DNA of 64,000 bases, taken from positions 151,632-215,631 of the forward strand of contig CAAGAD010000005.1 of the NCBI GenBank assembly GCA_900767715.1. Direction: 5' to 3'. The notes beneath the pieces were generated by a model that saw only the letters and a program-made list of their open reading frames with translations, did not search any database and was not told the DNA's origin. The stretch comes from Clostridia bacterium. Lineage in GTDB: Bacteria; Bacillota; Clostridia; Christensenellales; UBA1242. A program made the translations under genes and the position numbers. This document shows, in pieces, positions 34,856 through 43,115 of the stretch (positions within the stretch are counted from its first letter, which is position 1; the number at the start of each line of letters is the position of its first letter).

Positions 34856-36175
34856 ATGAGAAAACCTGTTGTAGCCATTGTAGGCACTCCAAATGTGGGC
34901 AAGAGCACATTTTTCAATAAAATCGCTGGCAGACGAATCAGCATAGTAGATGACCAACCGGGTGTAACGCGTGACCGTATTTACGCCGACGCCGATTGGA
35001 ATGGCTATGCTTTTTCCATTGTCGATACGGGCGGTTTGGATTTTAGCAAAGATGACGAAATGTATCACAATATTTTGAACCAAGCACAGATTGCCATAGA
35101 TTTGGCGGACGTGATTGTATTTTTTGTGGACGGTAAAAAGGGTTTGACCCACGCAGATATGGAAGTGGCGAATATGCTCCGCAAGTGCAAAGCACCAAAG
35201 ATTGTGGCTGTCAACAAACTTGACAACAACGAGATTGAGAAGACATACGAGTTTTACGAACTCCAACTCGGCGACCCAATGCCATTGTCCGCTTCGCACG
35301 GCAAGGGAATAGGCGACTTGCTTGACGCCATTACGCACCATTTAGAGCAGATTTCGCCCGAAGAGTTCGCCGACACGCTCAAAATTGCCATTGTGGGCAA
35401 GCCAAACGCCGGCAAGAGTAGTTTGACGAATAGACTTATAGGCGAAGATAGAATGGTTGTCAGCAATGTGGCTGGCACGACGCGTGACGCCATTGACATT
35501 CCATTTAAGTATAACGGCAAGAATTACACGCTTATTGACACCGCAGGCTTGCGTAAGAAGGGTAAAATAGCCCCAGACAGCATTGAGCGTTACAGCGCGC
35601 TTAGGTCGATTGACGCGGTGGAGCGTTGTGACATTGCGCTTATGGTGATTGACGCCACAGAAGGTATCACCGAGCAAGACTCCAAGGTTGCAGGTCTTAT
35701 TCACGACGAAGGCAAACCAAGTGTCATTGTGGTGAACAAGTGGGACAAGGTCGATAAGACCAAGATGACCACCGAGAAGTTTAAGAAACTCATTGAAACC
35801 GAACTGCCGTTTATGAAATATTATGTGCCAGTCTTCATCTCTTGCGAGAGTGGTCAACGCATTGGCAAGGTTATGGAAATGGCAGAAATGGTTTATGCCA
35901 ACGCCAGTCGTGAGATTACGATGGGCGTATTCAACTCAATTTTGCAGAATGCGACGGCGGTCAACGAGCCACCTATACACAATGGTCGCAAACTCAAAGT
36001 GCTTTATGGCAGACAATCGGGCAAAAATCCGCCAACCTTTACAATTTTCTGCAACCGCGCAGAATTAATGGATTTTGCCTATTCAAGATATTTGGAAAAT
36101 AGCATTAGAAACGCCTTTGATTTCAAGGGCACTCCTATCAAACTAATCTTCAAAAACAAAGGAGAAAAAGATTAA
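34856..36175 (+). CDS. der: Ribosome-associated GTPase Der (EngA)
   Basis: Tandem G domains (GTPNVGKSTFFN; GKPNAGKSSLTN) and a KH-like C-terminus. Confidence 0.95.
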   Translation: MRKPVVAIVGTPNVGKSTFFNKIAGRRISIVDDQPGVTRDRIYADADWNGYAFSIVDTGGLDFSKDDEMYHNILNQAQIAIDLADVIVFFVDGKKGLTHADMEVANMLRKCKAPKIVAVNKLDNNEIEKTYEFYELQLGDPMPLSASHGKGIGDLLDAITHHLEQISPEEFADTLKIAIVGKPNAGKSSLTNRLIGEDRMVVSNVAGTTRDAIDIPFKYNGKNYTLIDTAGLRKKGKIAPDSIERYSALRSIDAVERCDIALMVIDATEGITEQDSKVAGLIHDEGKPSVIVVNKWDKVDKTKMTTEKFKKLIETELPFMKYYVPVFISCESGQRIGKVMEMAEMVYANASREITMGVFNSILQNATAVNEPPIHNGRKLKVLYGRQSGKNPPTFTIFCNRAELMDFAYSRYLENSIRNAFDFKGTPIKLIFKNKGEKD

Positions 36176-36966
36176 TGGTCGTTACGATATTAGGAATGAC
36201 CGCGCTTGTTGTCTGTGGCTATATGCTCGGCAATGTGTTCGGCGCAAAGATTTTGTGCAAAATTACGGGCGATGACCTAAGTAAAAAGGGCAGTGGCAAC
36301 TACGGCACGATGAACACGCTCCGCTCAATCGGTGCATTTCAAGGCTTGGCAGTATTGCTGTTCGACGCATTGAAAGGCAGTTTGATTGCCTTTCTCGGCT
36401 ACCTAATTTGCGGTCAACTGGGGCTTTACATCGGCGGTCTTGCAGTTATCATCGGGCACATTTTTCCGGTATTCTATCACTTTAAGGGTGGCAAAGGCTT
36501 CGCCACATTCATTGGTGTAGTTTGCGTGGCGAACTGGATTGTCGGCGTGCCACTTTTCGTCTTGCTAGTGATAATGATTTGCATAACCAAACAAGGTGCA
36601 ATTTGCGATTTGTCATACGCTTTGATTATGGCGATTGTCAACACAATTATGAGCGGAAGCCATAACCCATTCGTATATATCTTGCTTTGGGGTATAACAG
36701 CGCTAGTATTCTGGGCACACAGAACCAACATCGTTCGTATTGTGCAACATAAGGAAAATAAGACCGAACTCGCCAGCCAAATTAAAAAGGCTTTTACGCA
36801 TAAGCACAAAGATAAAACGAATGACGACACAAACACCACCTTACCAACGGCGAATGCAAGCGAAAGTGTAGAAAGTAAAGTTGACGAGGCGGTTGCGCAA
36901 ACAGAACCCGATAAGGTTGAACAAAACGAAGAGTCAAAAAACATTGTAGATAACGGAGATAAATAA
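36175..36966 (+). CDS. plsY: Acyl-phosphate:glycerol-3-phosphate acyltransferase PlsY with hydrophilic C-terminal tail
   Basis: GSGNYGTMN and FKGGKGFAT motifs. The last roughly 70 aa are a K/D/T/E/N-rich extension. Confidence 0.85.
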   Translation: MVVTILGMTALVVCGYMLGNVFGAKILCKITGDDLSKKGSGNYGTMNTLRSIGAFQGLAVLLFDALKGSLIAFLGYLICGQLGLYIGGLAVIIGHIFPVFYHFKGGKGFATFIGVVCVANWIVGVPLFVLLVIMICITKQGAICDLSYALIMAIVNTIMSGSHNPFVYILLWGITALVFWAHRTNIVRIVQHKENKTELASQIKKAFTHKHKDKTNDDTNTTLPTANASESVESKVDEAVAQTEPDKVEQNEESKNIVDNGDK

Positions 36967-37805
36967 TGGAAAAGAAAGAATATATAATTTCAGCAGATAG
37001 CGCGTGCGATTTGCCAGAAGGCTATGCCAAGGCGCACGGCATTGAGATGGTCACTCTTGCCACCATTCTTGATGGGGTAGAGTATGAGACATTGGACAAT
37101 CACAAAGTGTTGCAATATGTAAAGGATACGGGCGAGATTCCAAAGACGGCTGCTCCAAGCATTGAACTTTTGGAAGAATTTTTTGCCAAACTATCTAAAC
37201 AAGCCGAGCACGTAATCCATTTTTCGATGAGCAGTGGCATTTCATCTACTTACAACAACGCTGTTAAGGCGGCGGAAAAGTTTGAGAATGTGACTGTTAT
37301 CGACTCGCAAAGTTTGTCTAGCGGAATTGCTTTGCAAGTGATGAACGCGGAAAAGTTGATTAACGAAGGCAACACCTTTGAACAAGTTATTGAAGGCGTG
37401 CGCCAAGCAGTCGGTAAAACGCGTGCAAGTTTCGTAATCGACAGCCTAAAACTTTTGTACAAGGGTGGCAGATGCTCAAAACTAGCACTATTTGGTGCTA
37501 ATCTTATGAAGATTAAACCATCAATCGTTGTCAAGAACGGCACAATGTGTGTGGGCAAGAAATATCGTAAGAATATAAAACTCGTGGCTCAAAATTACGT
37601 TGCTGACCAACTCAACAACGGTGAAGAAAAAGATATGACAAATTGTTTTATCACTTACACCACTTTTGACCAACCAACTGTTGACATTTTGGTACAAATG
37701 GCAAAGGACGCAGGTTTTAAAAATGTTTACACATCAATCGCCAGTGCGACAATCACTTGCCACTGCGGTGCCAACACAATCGGCATTCTCTATATCGCGA
37801 AATAA
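36966..37805 (+). CDS. DegV family fatty-acid-binding protein
   Basis: IISADSACDLPEGY N-terminus, SGISSTYNNA motif, 279 aa. Confidence 0.85.
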   Translation: MEKKEYIISADSACDLPEGYAKAHGIEMVTLATILDGVEYETLDNHKVLQYVKDTGEIPKTAAPSIELLEEFFAKLSKQAEHVIHFSMSSGISSTYNNAVKAAEKFENVTVIDSQSLSSGIALQVMNAEKLINEGNTFEQVIEGVRQAVGKTRASFVIDSLKLLYKGGRCSKLALFGANLMKIKPSIVVKNGTMCVGKKYRKNIKLVAQNYVADQLNNGEEKDMTNCFITYTTFDQPTVDILVQMAKDAGFKNVYTSIASATITCHCGANTIGILYIAK

Positions 37806-37832
37806 ATATGCTTTTAAGGCATATTTTTTTTT
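37805..37832 (+). terminator. Terminator after degV-family gene
   Basis: AATATGCTT-tta-AGGCATATT type hairpin followed by a run of 8 T. Confidence 0.55.
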
Positions 37833-37847
37833 GTTCTCTCATAGGTT
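37819..37847 (+). promoter_or_regulatory. Candidate sigma-E (mother-cell) promoter for spoIVA
   Basis: GCATATT(37819-37825), 14 nt, CATAGGTT(37840-37847). The B. subtilis sigma-E consensus as I recall it is (G/T)(A/C)ATA(A/T)(A/T)-14-CATACA(A/C)T. The -35 matches 7/7 and the -10 matches 5/8. Confidence 0.4.
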
Positions 37848-37875
37848 ATAGCAAAGCGAACCTAATGGAGGACTT

Positions 37876-39354
37876 ATGGATAGAACTTTTGATATTTATA
37901 ATGATATCGAAACACGTACAAATGGAGACATTTATATAGGCGTTGTTGGTCCAGTGAGAGTGGGCAAATCTACTTTTATTTCCAAATTTATGGACAATTT
38001 TGTATTGCCAAACATCGCCAATGCCAGTGAAAGAAAACGTGCAGAAGACGAAATGCCACAATCATCGGACGGCAAAACTGTGATGACCACACAGCCAAAA
38101 TTTGTGCCTAGCGAAGCAGTGAATGTGAGTGTCAAAAACATCTCAATGCGTGCTAGACTGATTGATTGTGTCGGCTTTATGGCTGATGGCGCACTCGGTG
38201 GCGCGGAAGACAAAAAACCACGTATGGTAAAGACTCCTTGGTCGAACGAAAAAATGCCTTTTGACCAGGCTGCTAAAATCGGCACGGAAAAGGTGATTAA
38301 AGACCACAGTACGCTCGGCATTGTGGTGACCACAGACGGCAGTTTTGGTGACTTGCCACGCGAGAATTTTGTGTCGGCAGAAGCCGAGAGTGTGCAGACA
38401 ATGAAAGCGTCGGGCAAACCATTCGTCGTTGTGCTCAACACCAGCAAGCCAGACGCAGAAGAAACCGCAACTCTTGCCAACAAAATCAAGGCAGACTATG
38501 ACGTGCCGGTGCTTGCGCTCGACGTGTCACAACTCTCGTCAAACGATGTGGAAAATATTTTCTCCACACTCACTACGCAATTCCCACTCAACTCAATTGA
38601 TATCATCGCTCCTAACTGGCTCAAAGCCTTGCCAATGGATAGCGACCTTATTCAAAATTTGCTCGGCGAAGTGGTAGATAAAACTCAAAACGTGGCAAAG
38701 ATTGGCGACTACAAAAACGACCAAATTTTGTTTGAAAACAGCGATGATTTTGAGTCGATAATTTCTAGCAACGTTGACATCGGTAAGGGCAGTATAACAT
38801 TTGAGATTGTGCCGAAAGACAACTTGTTTTATAAAGTATTGTCCATTCAAAGTGGCACGCAAATTAGCAATGATTTGGAACTCGTTGAGTTTATCAAAGA
38901 TTTGAATGTGGCGAAGCATAAATATGACCAACTCAAATCGGCACTCGACTCGGTGGAAGAAACGGGTTACGGCATTGTCGTCCCAAACGTAAATGATATG
39001 GAACTCAAAGCCCCAGAGATTGTAAAACAAGGCAATCGTTGTGGCATCAAACTCCGCGCAAGCGCACCAAGTTTACACATCATTAAGGTCGATGTAGAAG
39101 CCGAAGTAAACCCAATTATGGGCGAAGAACAACAGAGCGCAGATATGGTTGAATATTTGCAAAACGAGTTTGAAGAAAACCCACAAAAACTTTGGTCAAC
39201 AAAAATGTTCGGCAAGAGTCTTGAAGAAATGGTCGGCGACAGTTTGAAAAACAAAATCACAGCCGTGCCACAAGGCGTTCAAAACAAAATGCGTCGCACA
39301 ATGTCGCGCATTGTAAACGAAGGAAAGGGCGGAGTAATTTGCATTTTATTGTAG
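37876..39354 (+). CDS. spoIVA: Stage IV sporulation protein A (spore coat morphogenetic ATPase)
   Basis: DIYIGVVGPVRVGKSTFISKFM...LPNI...EMPQSSDGKTVMTTQPKFVP is near-colinear with B. subtilis SpoIVA. The length is the same (492 aa). Confidence 0.93.
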   Translation: MDRTFDIYNDIETRTNGDIYIGVVGPVRVGKSTFISKFMDNFVLPNIANASERKRAEDEMPQSSDGKTVMTTQPKFVPSEAVNVSVKNISMRARLIDCVGFMADGALGGAEDKKPRMVKTPWSNEKMPFDQAAKIGTEKVIKDHSTLGIVVTTDGSFGDLPRENFVSAEAESVQTMKASGKPFVVVLNTSKPDAEETATLANKIKADYDVPVLALDVSQLSSNDVENIFSTLTTQFPLNSIDIIAPNWLKALPMDSDLIQNLLGEVVDKTQNVAKIGDYKNDQILFENSDDFESIISSNVDIGKGSITFEIVPKDNLFYKVLSIQSGTQISNDLELVEFIKDLNVAKHKYDQLKSALDSVEETGYGIVVPNVNDMELKAPEIVKQGNRCGIKLRASAPSLHIIKVDVEAEVNPIMGEEQQSADMVEYLQNEFEENPQKLWSTKMFGKSLEEMVGDSLKNKITAVPQGVQNKMRRTMSRIVNEGKGGVICILL

Positions 39355-39397
39355 TGAAAAATTTTCGAAAAAAAATTAAAAAATATGTAAAAAATAG

Positions 39398-39426
39398 TTG
39401 CTATAAAAAATTTTGTATATTATAAT
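39398..39426 (+). promoter_or_regulatory. Sigma-A promoter for the K/A-rich membrane protein gene
   Basis: TTGCTA(39398-39403), 17 nt, TATAAT(39421-39426). SD GAAGGAGAG. Confidence 0.55.
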
Positions 39427-39451
39427 CAAGACATAAAACGAAGGAGAGAAT

Positions 39452-40255
39452 ATGTCAAGTTTATTAAATTTTTTCGAAAATAACTGGTACTGGATTGTTG
39501 GCGCAGTAGTATTGATGATAATTGTTTTGCTCATTATGCTCGTTGTGCTTGACAAGAAGGACATTAGATTGCAAGACGCAATTGAAGAGAAGCGCGTTCA
39601 AAAAGAAGCAGAGAAGAACGTAGCCAAAGCAGAAGCAATTGAGAACACAACAGTTGCTGAAGAAACTGTAGAAACAGTTGAAGAAAAGCCTGTTGCAAAG
39701 AAAGCCCCTGCAAAGAAATCTGCAAAGAAATCTGCAAAGAAAACAACTGCTAAAAAAGGCGCAAAGAAAGCCCCTACAAAGAAAGCAGAACCAGCAGTAG
39801 TAGCACCAGTTGCAACTGTTGAAACAGCACCAAAACTAGAAGAAAAGAAACCTGCTACAAAGAAGGCTACCGCTAAGACTAGCGCTAAAAAGCCAGTAGC
39901 GAAGAAGGTTGCTCCAAAGGCTGAAGTTAAAGAAGAACCTGTACTTGATGCAGAAGTTGTAAAGACTATTGCTGAACCAGAAGTTAAGAAAGTTGAAGAT
40001 AAAAAACCTGCAACTAAAAAAGCCCCTGCAAAAGCAAATGCTAAAAAGACAACCGCAAAGAAAACAACCGCAAAGAAAACCCCTGCTAAAAAAGCAGAAC
40101 CAAAAACTGCTCCAAAAGCAGAAGTGAAAGCCCCAGTTGCGAAGACCGCTCCAAAAGCAGAAGCAAAGAAGCCTGCAACTAAGACAACTGCTAAAAAACC
40201 AGTAGCAAAGAAAACTACTGCTAAAAAACCTGCAACTAAAAAGTCTGCAAAATAA
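39452..40255 (+). CDS. Membrane-anchored lysine/alanine/proline-rich repeat protein (histone H1/AlgP-like tail)
   Basis: One N-terminal TM segment (WYWIVGAVVLMIIVLLIMLVVL), an acidic linker, then about 190 aa of AKK/TAKK/PAKK repeats (e.g. KKTTAKKTTAKKTPAKKAEPK). Confidence 0.65.
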   Translation: MSSLLNFFENNWYWIVGAVVLMIIVLLIMLVVLDKKDIRLQDAIEEKRVQKEAEKNVAKAEAIENTTVAEETVETVEEKPVAKKAPAKKSAKKSAKKTTAKKGAKKAPTKKAEPAVVAPVATVETAPKLEEKKPATKKATAKTSAKKPVAKKVAPKAEVKEEPVLDAEVVKTIAEPEVKKVEDKKPATKKAPAKANAKKTTAKKTTAKKTPAKKAEPKTAPKAEVKAPVAKTAPKAEAKKPATKTTAKKPVAKKTTAKKPATKKSAK

Positions 40256-40284
40256 TTAGCAAAAATAAATTTTTAGAATATAAA
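40256..40284 (+). promoter_or_regulatory. Candidate promoter for alr embedded in the upstream terminator region
   Basis: TTAGCA(40256-40261), 17 nt, TATAAA(40279-40284). The predicted TSS falls in the hairpin loop, leaving GAAAGGTG as the SD 7 nt before ATG 40306. Confidence 0.3.
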
Positions 40285-40305
40285 AACACCGAAAGGTGTT
40301 TTTTT
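40284..40305 (+). terminator. Terminator after K/A-rich protein gene
   Basis: AAACACC-gaaa-GGTGTTT hairpin plus a T-run ending at the alr ATG. Confidence 0.7.
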
Positions 40306-41265
40306 ATGTTTAATAAACTTATTATTCATCTATCTAAAATTCGTCAAAATATTTTGAATATTAAATCTCGTACTGACCGCAAAATAATCTCGGTAGTTAA
40401 ATCCAACGCGTACGGTCACAATGCGGTAAAAGTGGCAAACTATGTGCAAGACATCGTTGATATGTTTGCTGTTGCCAATCTGTATGAAGCCAAAGCGCTA
40501 ATAATGGGAGGTATAACAAAAGATATTTTAGTGCTATCCAAAACCATCGATTATGACACCAGTTATTCCAACATTATTTATATGGTTGACAACATTCACA
40601 ATCTACCACACCGAACGCGCGTCCACATTGCAATCAACAGCGGAATGAATAGGTATGGCGTTGACAGTCAAAAAAAATTCCTTGCCTTGTATCGCCAACT
40701 TAAACGTAAACATAACTCTATTGAAGGGGTATTTAGTCATTTCTATTCGAGCAGTCTAACTAATTGCACTCGCCAAATCAAAAAGTTTAACGAGATTGTA
40801 GGCAACATTAATTTACCAACGCATTTTTCTAGTAGTCATTCGCTCGACATAGATTTTCCGCAAGACTATGTACGGCTCGGCATTTGCCAGTATATCGCTA
40901 GCAAAGAAATACACACCCAAATCGTCGAACTGCACAGGTTGAAAAAGGGCGACCACATAGGCTATGGTCGTACGCGCGCTAAATGTGATTGCACGATTGC
41001 CGTTTTGCCGATTGGTTACGCCGACGGACTTGATTTGCGTCTTAGCAACAAATGGCAAGTCACTATCAATGGCAAAGCGTGTAATTTAGTGGGCAAGATT
41101 TGTATGGACTGTTGTTTTGCCATTGTAGATAACCGGACAAAAGTGGGTGACGAAGTGATATTTTACGACGGCGACATTGATAAGATTGCCAGTGCTACTC
41201 ACTCGACAGAGTATGAGCAAATGTGTCGGCTGTATGGCGAAAGATACGAAATAATTTTTGATTAA
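40306..41265 (+). CDS. alr: Alanine racemase (short form)
   Basis: PLP-lysine motif VVKSNAYGHN. C-terminal beta-domain motifs (IGYGRT..., PIGYADG, VGKICMD). 319 aa. Confidence 0.85.
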   Translation: MFNKLIIHLSKIRQNILNIKSRTDRKIISVVKSNAYGHNAVKVANYVQDIVDMFAVANLYEAKALIMGGITKDILVLSKTIDYDTSYSNIIYMVDNIHNLPHRTRVHIAINSGMNRYGVDSQKKFLALYRQLKRKHNSIEGVFSHFYSSSLTNCTRQIKKFNEIVGNINLPTHFSSSHSLDIDFPQDYVRLGICQYIASKEIHTQIVELHRLKKGDHIGYGRTRAKCDCTIAVLPIGYADGLDLRLSNKWQVTINGKACNLVGKICMDCCFAIVDNRTKVGDEVIFYDGDIDKIASATHSTEYEQMCRLYGERYEIIFD

Positions 41266-41363
41266 CAAAATAAAAAGTTGGAAAGCCCAAAGCAACCGCC
41301 ACCATTCAATAATTTCGCAACCAAACCCAAGTTTGTCGAACATATTTTCGTTATACAATCCGC

Positions 41364-41392
41364 TTGATTTACAACTATAATTTTGGTATAAT
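41364..41392 (+). promoter_or_regulatory. Sigma-A promoter abutting the rsmD start codon (leaderless candidate)
   Basis: TTGATT(41364-41369), 17 nt, TATAAT(41387-41392) with TGg, 6 nt, ATG(41399). No SD. Confidence 0.55.
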
Positions 41393-41398
41393 GCAATT

Positions 41399-41938
41399 AT
41401 GAGAATTGTGGCAGGAAAATTTAGGGGCACGCACCTAGCAGACTTTGACCTTGACACCACCAAGCCGACACTCGACCGAGTGCGCGTCAGCATTGGTAAT
41501 ATTTTGCAATTCAATTTTGACGGGGCAGTAGCGGTTGACCTATTTTCCGGCAGTGGTTGGTTCGGTCTGGAAGCACTCTCACGTGGTGCGTCCAAAGTCT
41601 ATTGCGTAGATAGCAACAAACAAGCCATTAAAATTATTCGTGCCAATTTTACTCGCTTAAAGCAAGACGAGAGCCAAATTGTCAACAGCGATTATATGGA
41701 CTTTTTGCGCACTGCCAAAAATAAGGGCGATAAGTTTGACATTGTTTTCCTTGACCCGCCATACGCCACAGACTTTGCACAGAGGGCCGTTGACTATATC
41801 ATCGAGCACGATATGATGAACGCGGGCGGAGTCATTATGCGTGAGAGCGACTCGACGAGCACACCGCTCTTTGCCACGGATAAAGAAATTTCTAGTCGTA
41901 CTTATGGCCGACCTAGACTAGAATGGATAAGGTTTTGA
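41399..41938 (+). CDS. rsmD: 16S rRNA (guanine966-N2)-methyltransferase RsmD
   Basis: MRIVAGKFRGTHL N-terminus, SAM motif DLFSGSG, and VFLDPPY. Confidence 0.9.
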   Translation: MRIVAGKFRGTHLADFDLDTTKPTLDRVRVSIGNILQFNFDGAVAVDLFSGSGWFGLEALSRGASKVYCVDSNKQAIKIIRANFTRLKQDESQIVNSDYMDFLRTAKNKGDKFDIVFLDPPYATDFAQRAVDYIIEHDMMNAGGVIMRESDSTSTPLFATDKEISSRTYGRPRLEWIRF

Positions 41939-41939
41939 T

Positions 41940-42773
41940 ATGAGATACACAACGAATGACACATCAATTAAAATTTTGGACAAGCACGAATTCAATCCAA
42001 AGCAGATTTTGGAATGCGGGCAGGTTTTTCGCTATCGCAAGACGGACGAGGGCTATGAGGTTTACAGCCTAGACAAATGCGCCAAAATCGTGGAGAAAAA
42101 TGACTATTATCTCATCTACACCAGCGACGTAAAATATTTTGAGAAATATTTCGACCTTCGCACCGATTACAAGCAGATTAAACAAACCCTTTACAAACAT
42201 AAATGCTTGCAAGACGCAATCGTTTACGGTTCGGGCATAAGACTACTTCGCCAAGACATTTTTGAAACAATCGTTTCATTCATAATTAGCGCCAACAACA
42301 ATATTCCGCGCATTCAAGGTTCAATCGAGAAATTATGCACCAACTTTGGCAGTAAAAAGGACGGTTATTTTGCCTTTCCAACCTTGGCGCAACTGTCAAA
42401 AGCCAGCGTCCAAGACCTAAAAGACGCCGGGCTAGGCTATCGCGCCGAACAACTCAAAAAGACCCTTGAAATGCTTAAATTTATCAACCTTGAACAGATT
42501 CGCACCTACACATACACCGGCAAAAAGAAATTCTTAATTTCGCTTGCGGGAGTGGGCGAGAAAGTGGCAGACTGCATATTGCTGTTTGCATTCAACGAAA
42601 TGGGTGCTTTCCCAGTTGATACTTGGATTGCCAAATCGTACAAGCAGATATTCAACAGCGACGAAACCAACCGCACCAAAATGCGTGAGAACTTGTACGA
42701 AATGTTCGGCGAGTATTCGGGCTACGCTCAACAATACATATTCTATTATTATCGTGACAACAAACTCGGTTAA
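41940..42773 (+). CDS. ogg: 8-oxoguanine DNA glycosylase/AP lyase (Ogg, HhH-GPD family)
   Basis: CGQVFRY N-terminal domain, HhH LAGVGEKVADCILLF, and PVDTWI with the catalytic Asp region. Confidence 0.8.
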   Translation: MRYTTNDTSIKILDKHEFNPKQILECGQVFRYRKTDEGYEVYSLDKCAKIVEKNDYYLIYTSDVKYFEKYFDLRTDYKQIKQTLYKHKCLQDAIVYGSGIRLLRQDIFETIVSFIISANNNIPRIQGSIEKLCTNFGSKKDGYFAFPTLAQLSKASVQDLKDAGLGYRAEQLKKTLEMLKFINLEQIRTYTYTGKKKFLISLAGVGEKVADCILLFAFNEMGAFPVDTWIAKSYKQIFNSDETNRTKMRENLYEMFGEYSGYAQQYIFYYYRDNKLG

Positions 42774-42797
42774 AAACAGGCACGCCTGTTTTTTTAC
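42774..42797 (+). terminator. Terminator after ogg
   Basis: AACAGG-cacg-CCTGTT hairpin plus a run of 7 T. Confidence 0.7.
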
Positions 42798-42811
42798 TGC
42801 CTGATAACCAC

Positions 42812-42840
42812 TCATATTTAACCTATGCAGTTCATAAAAT
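42812..42840 (+). promoter_or_regulatory. Candidate sigma-E (mother-cell) promoter for yqfC-yqfD
   Basis: TCATATT(42812-42818), 14 nt, CATAAAAT(42833-42840). Against the sigma-E consensus the -35 matches 7/7 and the -10 matches 7/8. Confidence 0.45.
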
Positions 42841-42854
42841 ATCTTAGGTGAAAT

Positions 42855-43115
42855 ATGTCTTTTAATAATGAAATAAACAAATTATTGCTCAAATATTTCG
42901 ATTCGTCTTTTAGTGATTATCGCTATTTCAACATTGGCGGGCGCGCCGTATATATCGAGGGGCAGACGGGACTTGTTGAGTTTGATGAGAAAACTATCAC
43001 ATTTAAGGTAAAAAAAAAGATATTGTCTGTGGTTGGCACAAACCTTGTGATTGCCGAGTTCGACAATTCGACCGCGGTTGTCACGGGCAACATTGAGAGC
43101 GTGGTGGTCAAATGA
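42855..43115 (+). CDS. yqfC: Sporulation protein YqfC (YabP/YqfC family)
   Basis: 86 aa. The pattern ...VYIEGQTGLVEFDEKTITFKV...LSVVGTNLVIAEFDNSTAVVTGNIESVVV is typical of YabP/YqfC. It sits immediately upstream of yqfD. Confidence 0.75.
   Translation: MSFNNEINKLLLKYFDSSFSDYRYFNIGGRAVYIEGQTGLVEFDEKTITFKVKKKILSVVGTNLVIAEFDNSTAVVTGNIESVVVK

Noticed and set aside
39700-40250. Nucleotide-level tandem repeat / VNTR
   Set aside because: The periodicity is irregular (short 12-15 nt imperfect reiterations such as tctgcaaagaaa x2 and acaaccgcaaagaaa x2). It is explained by codon-level AKK low complexity within a single open frame.
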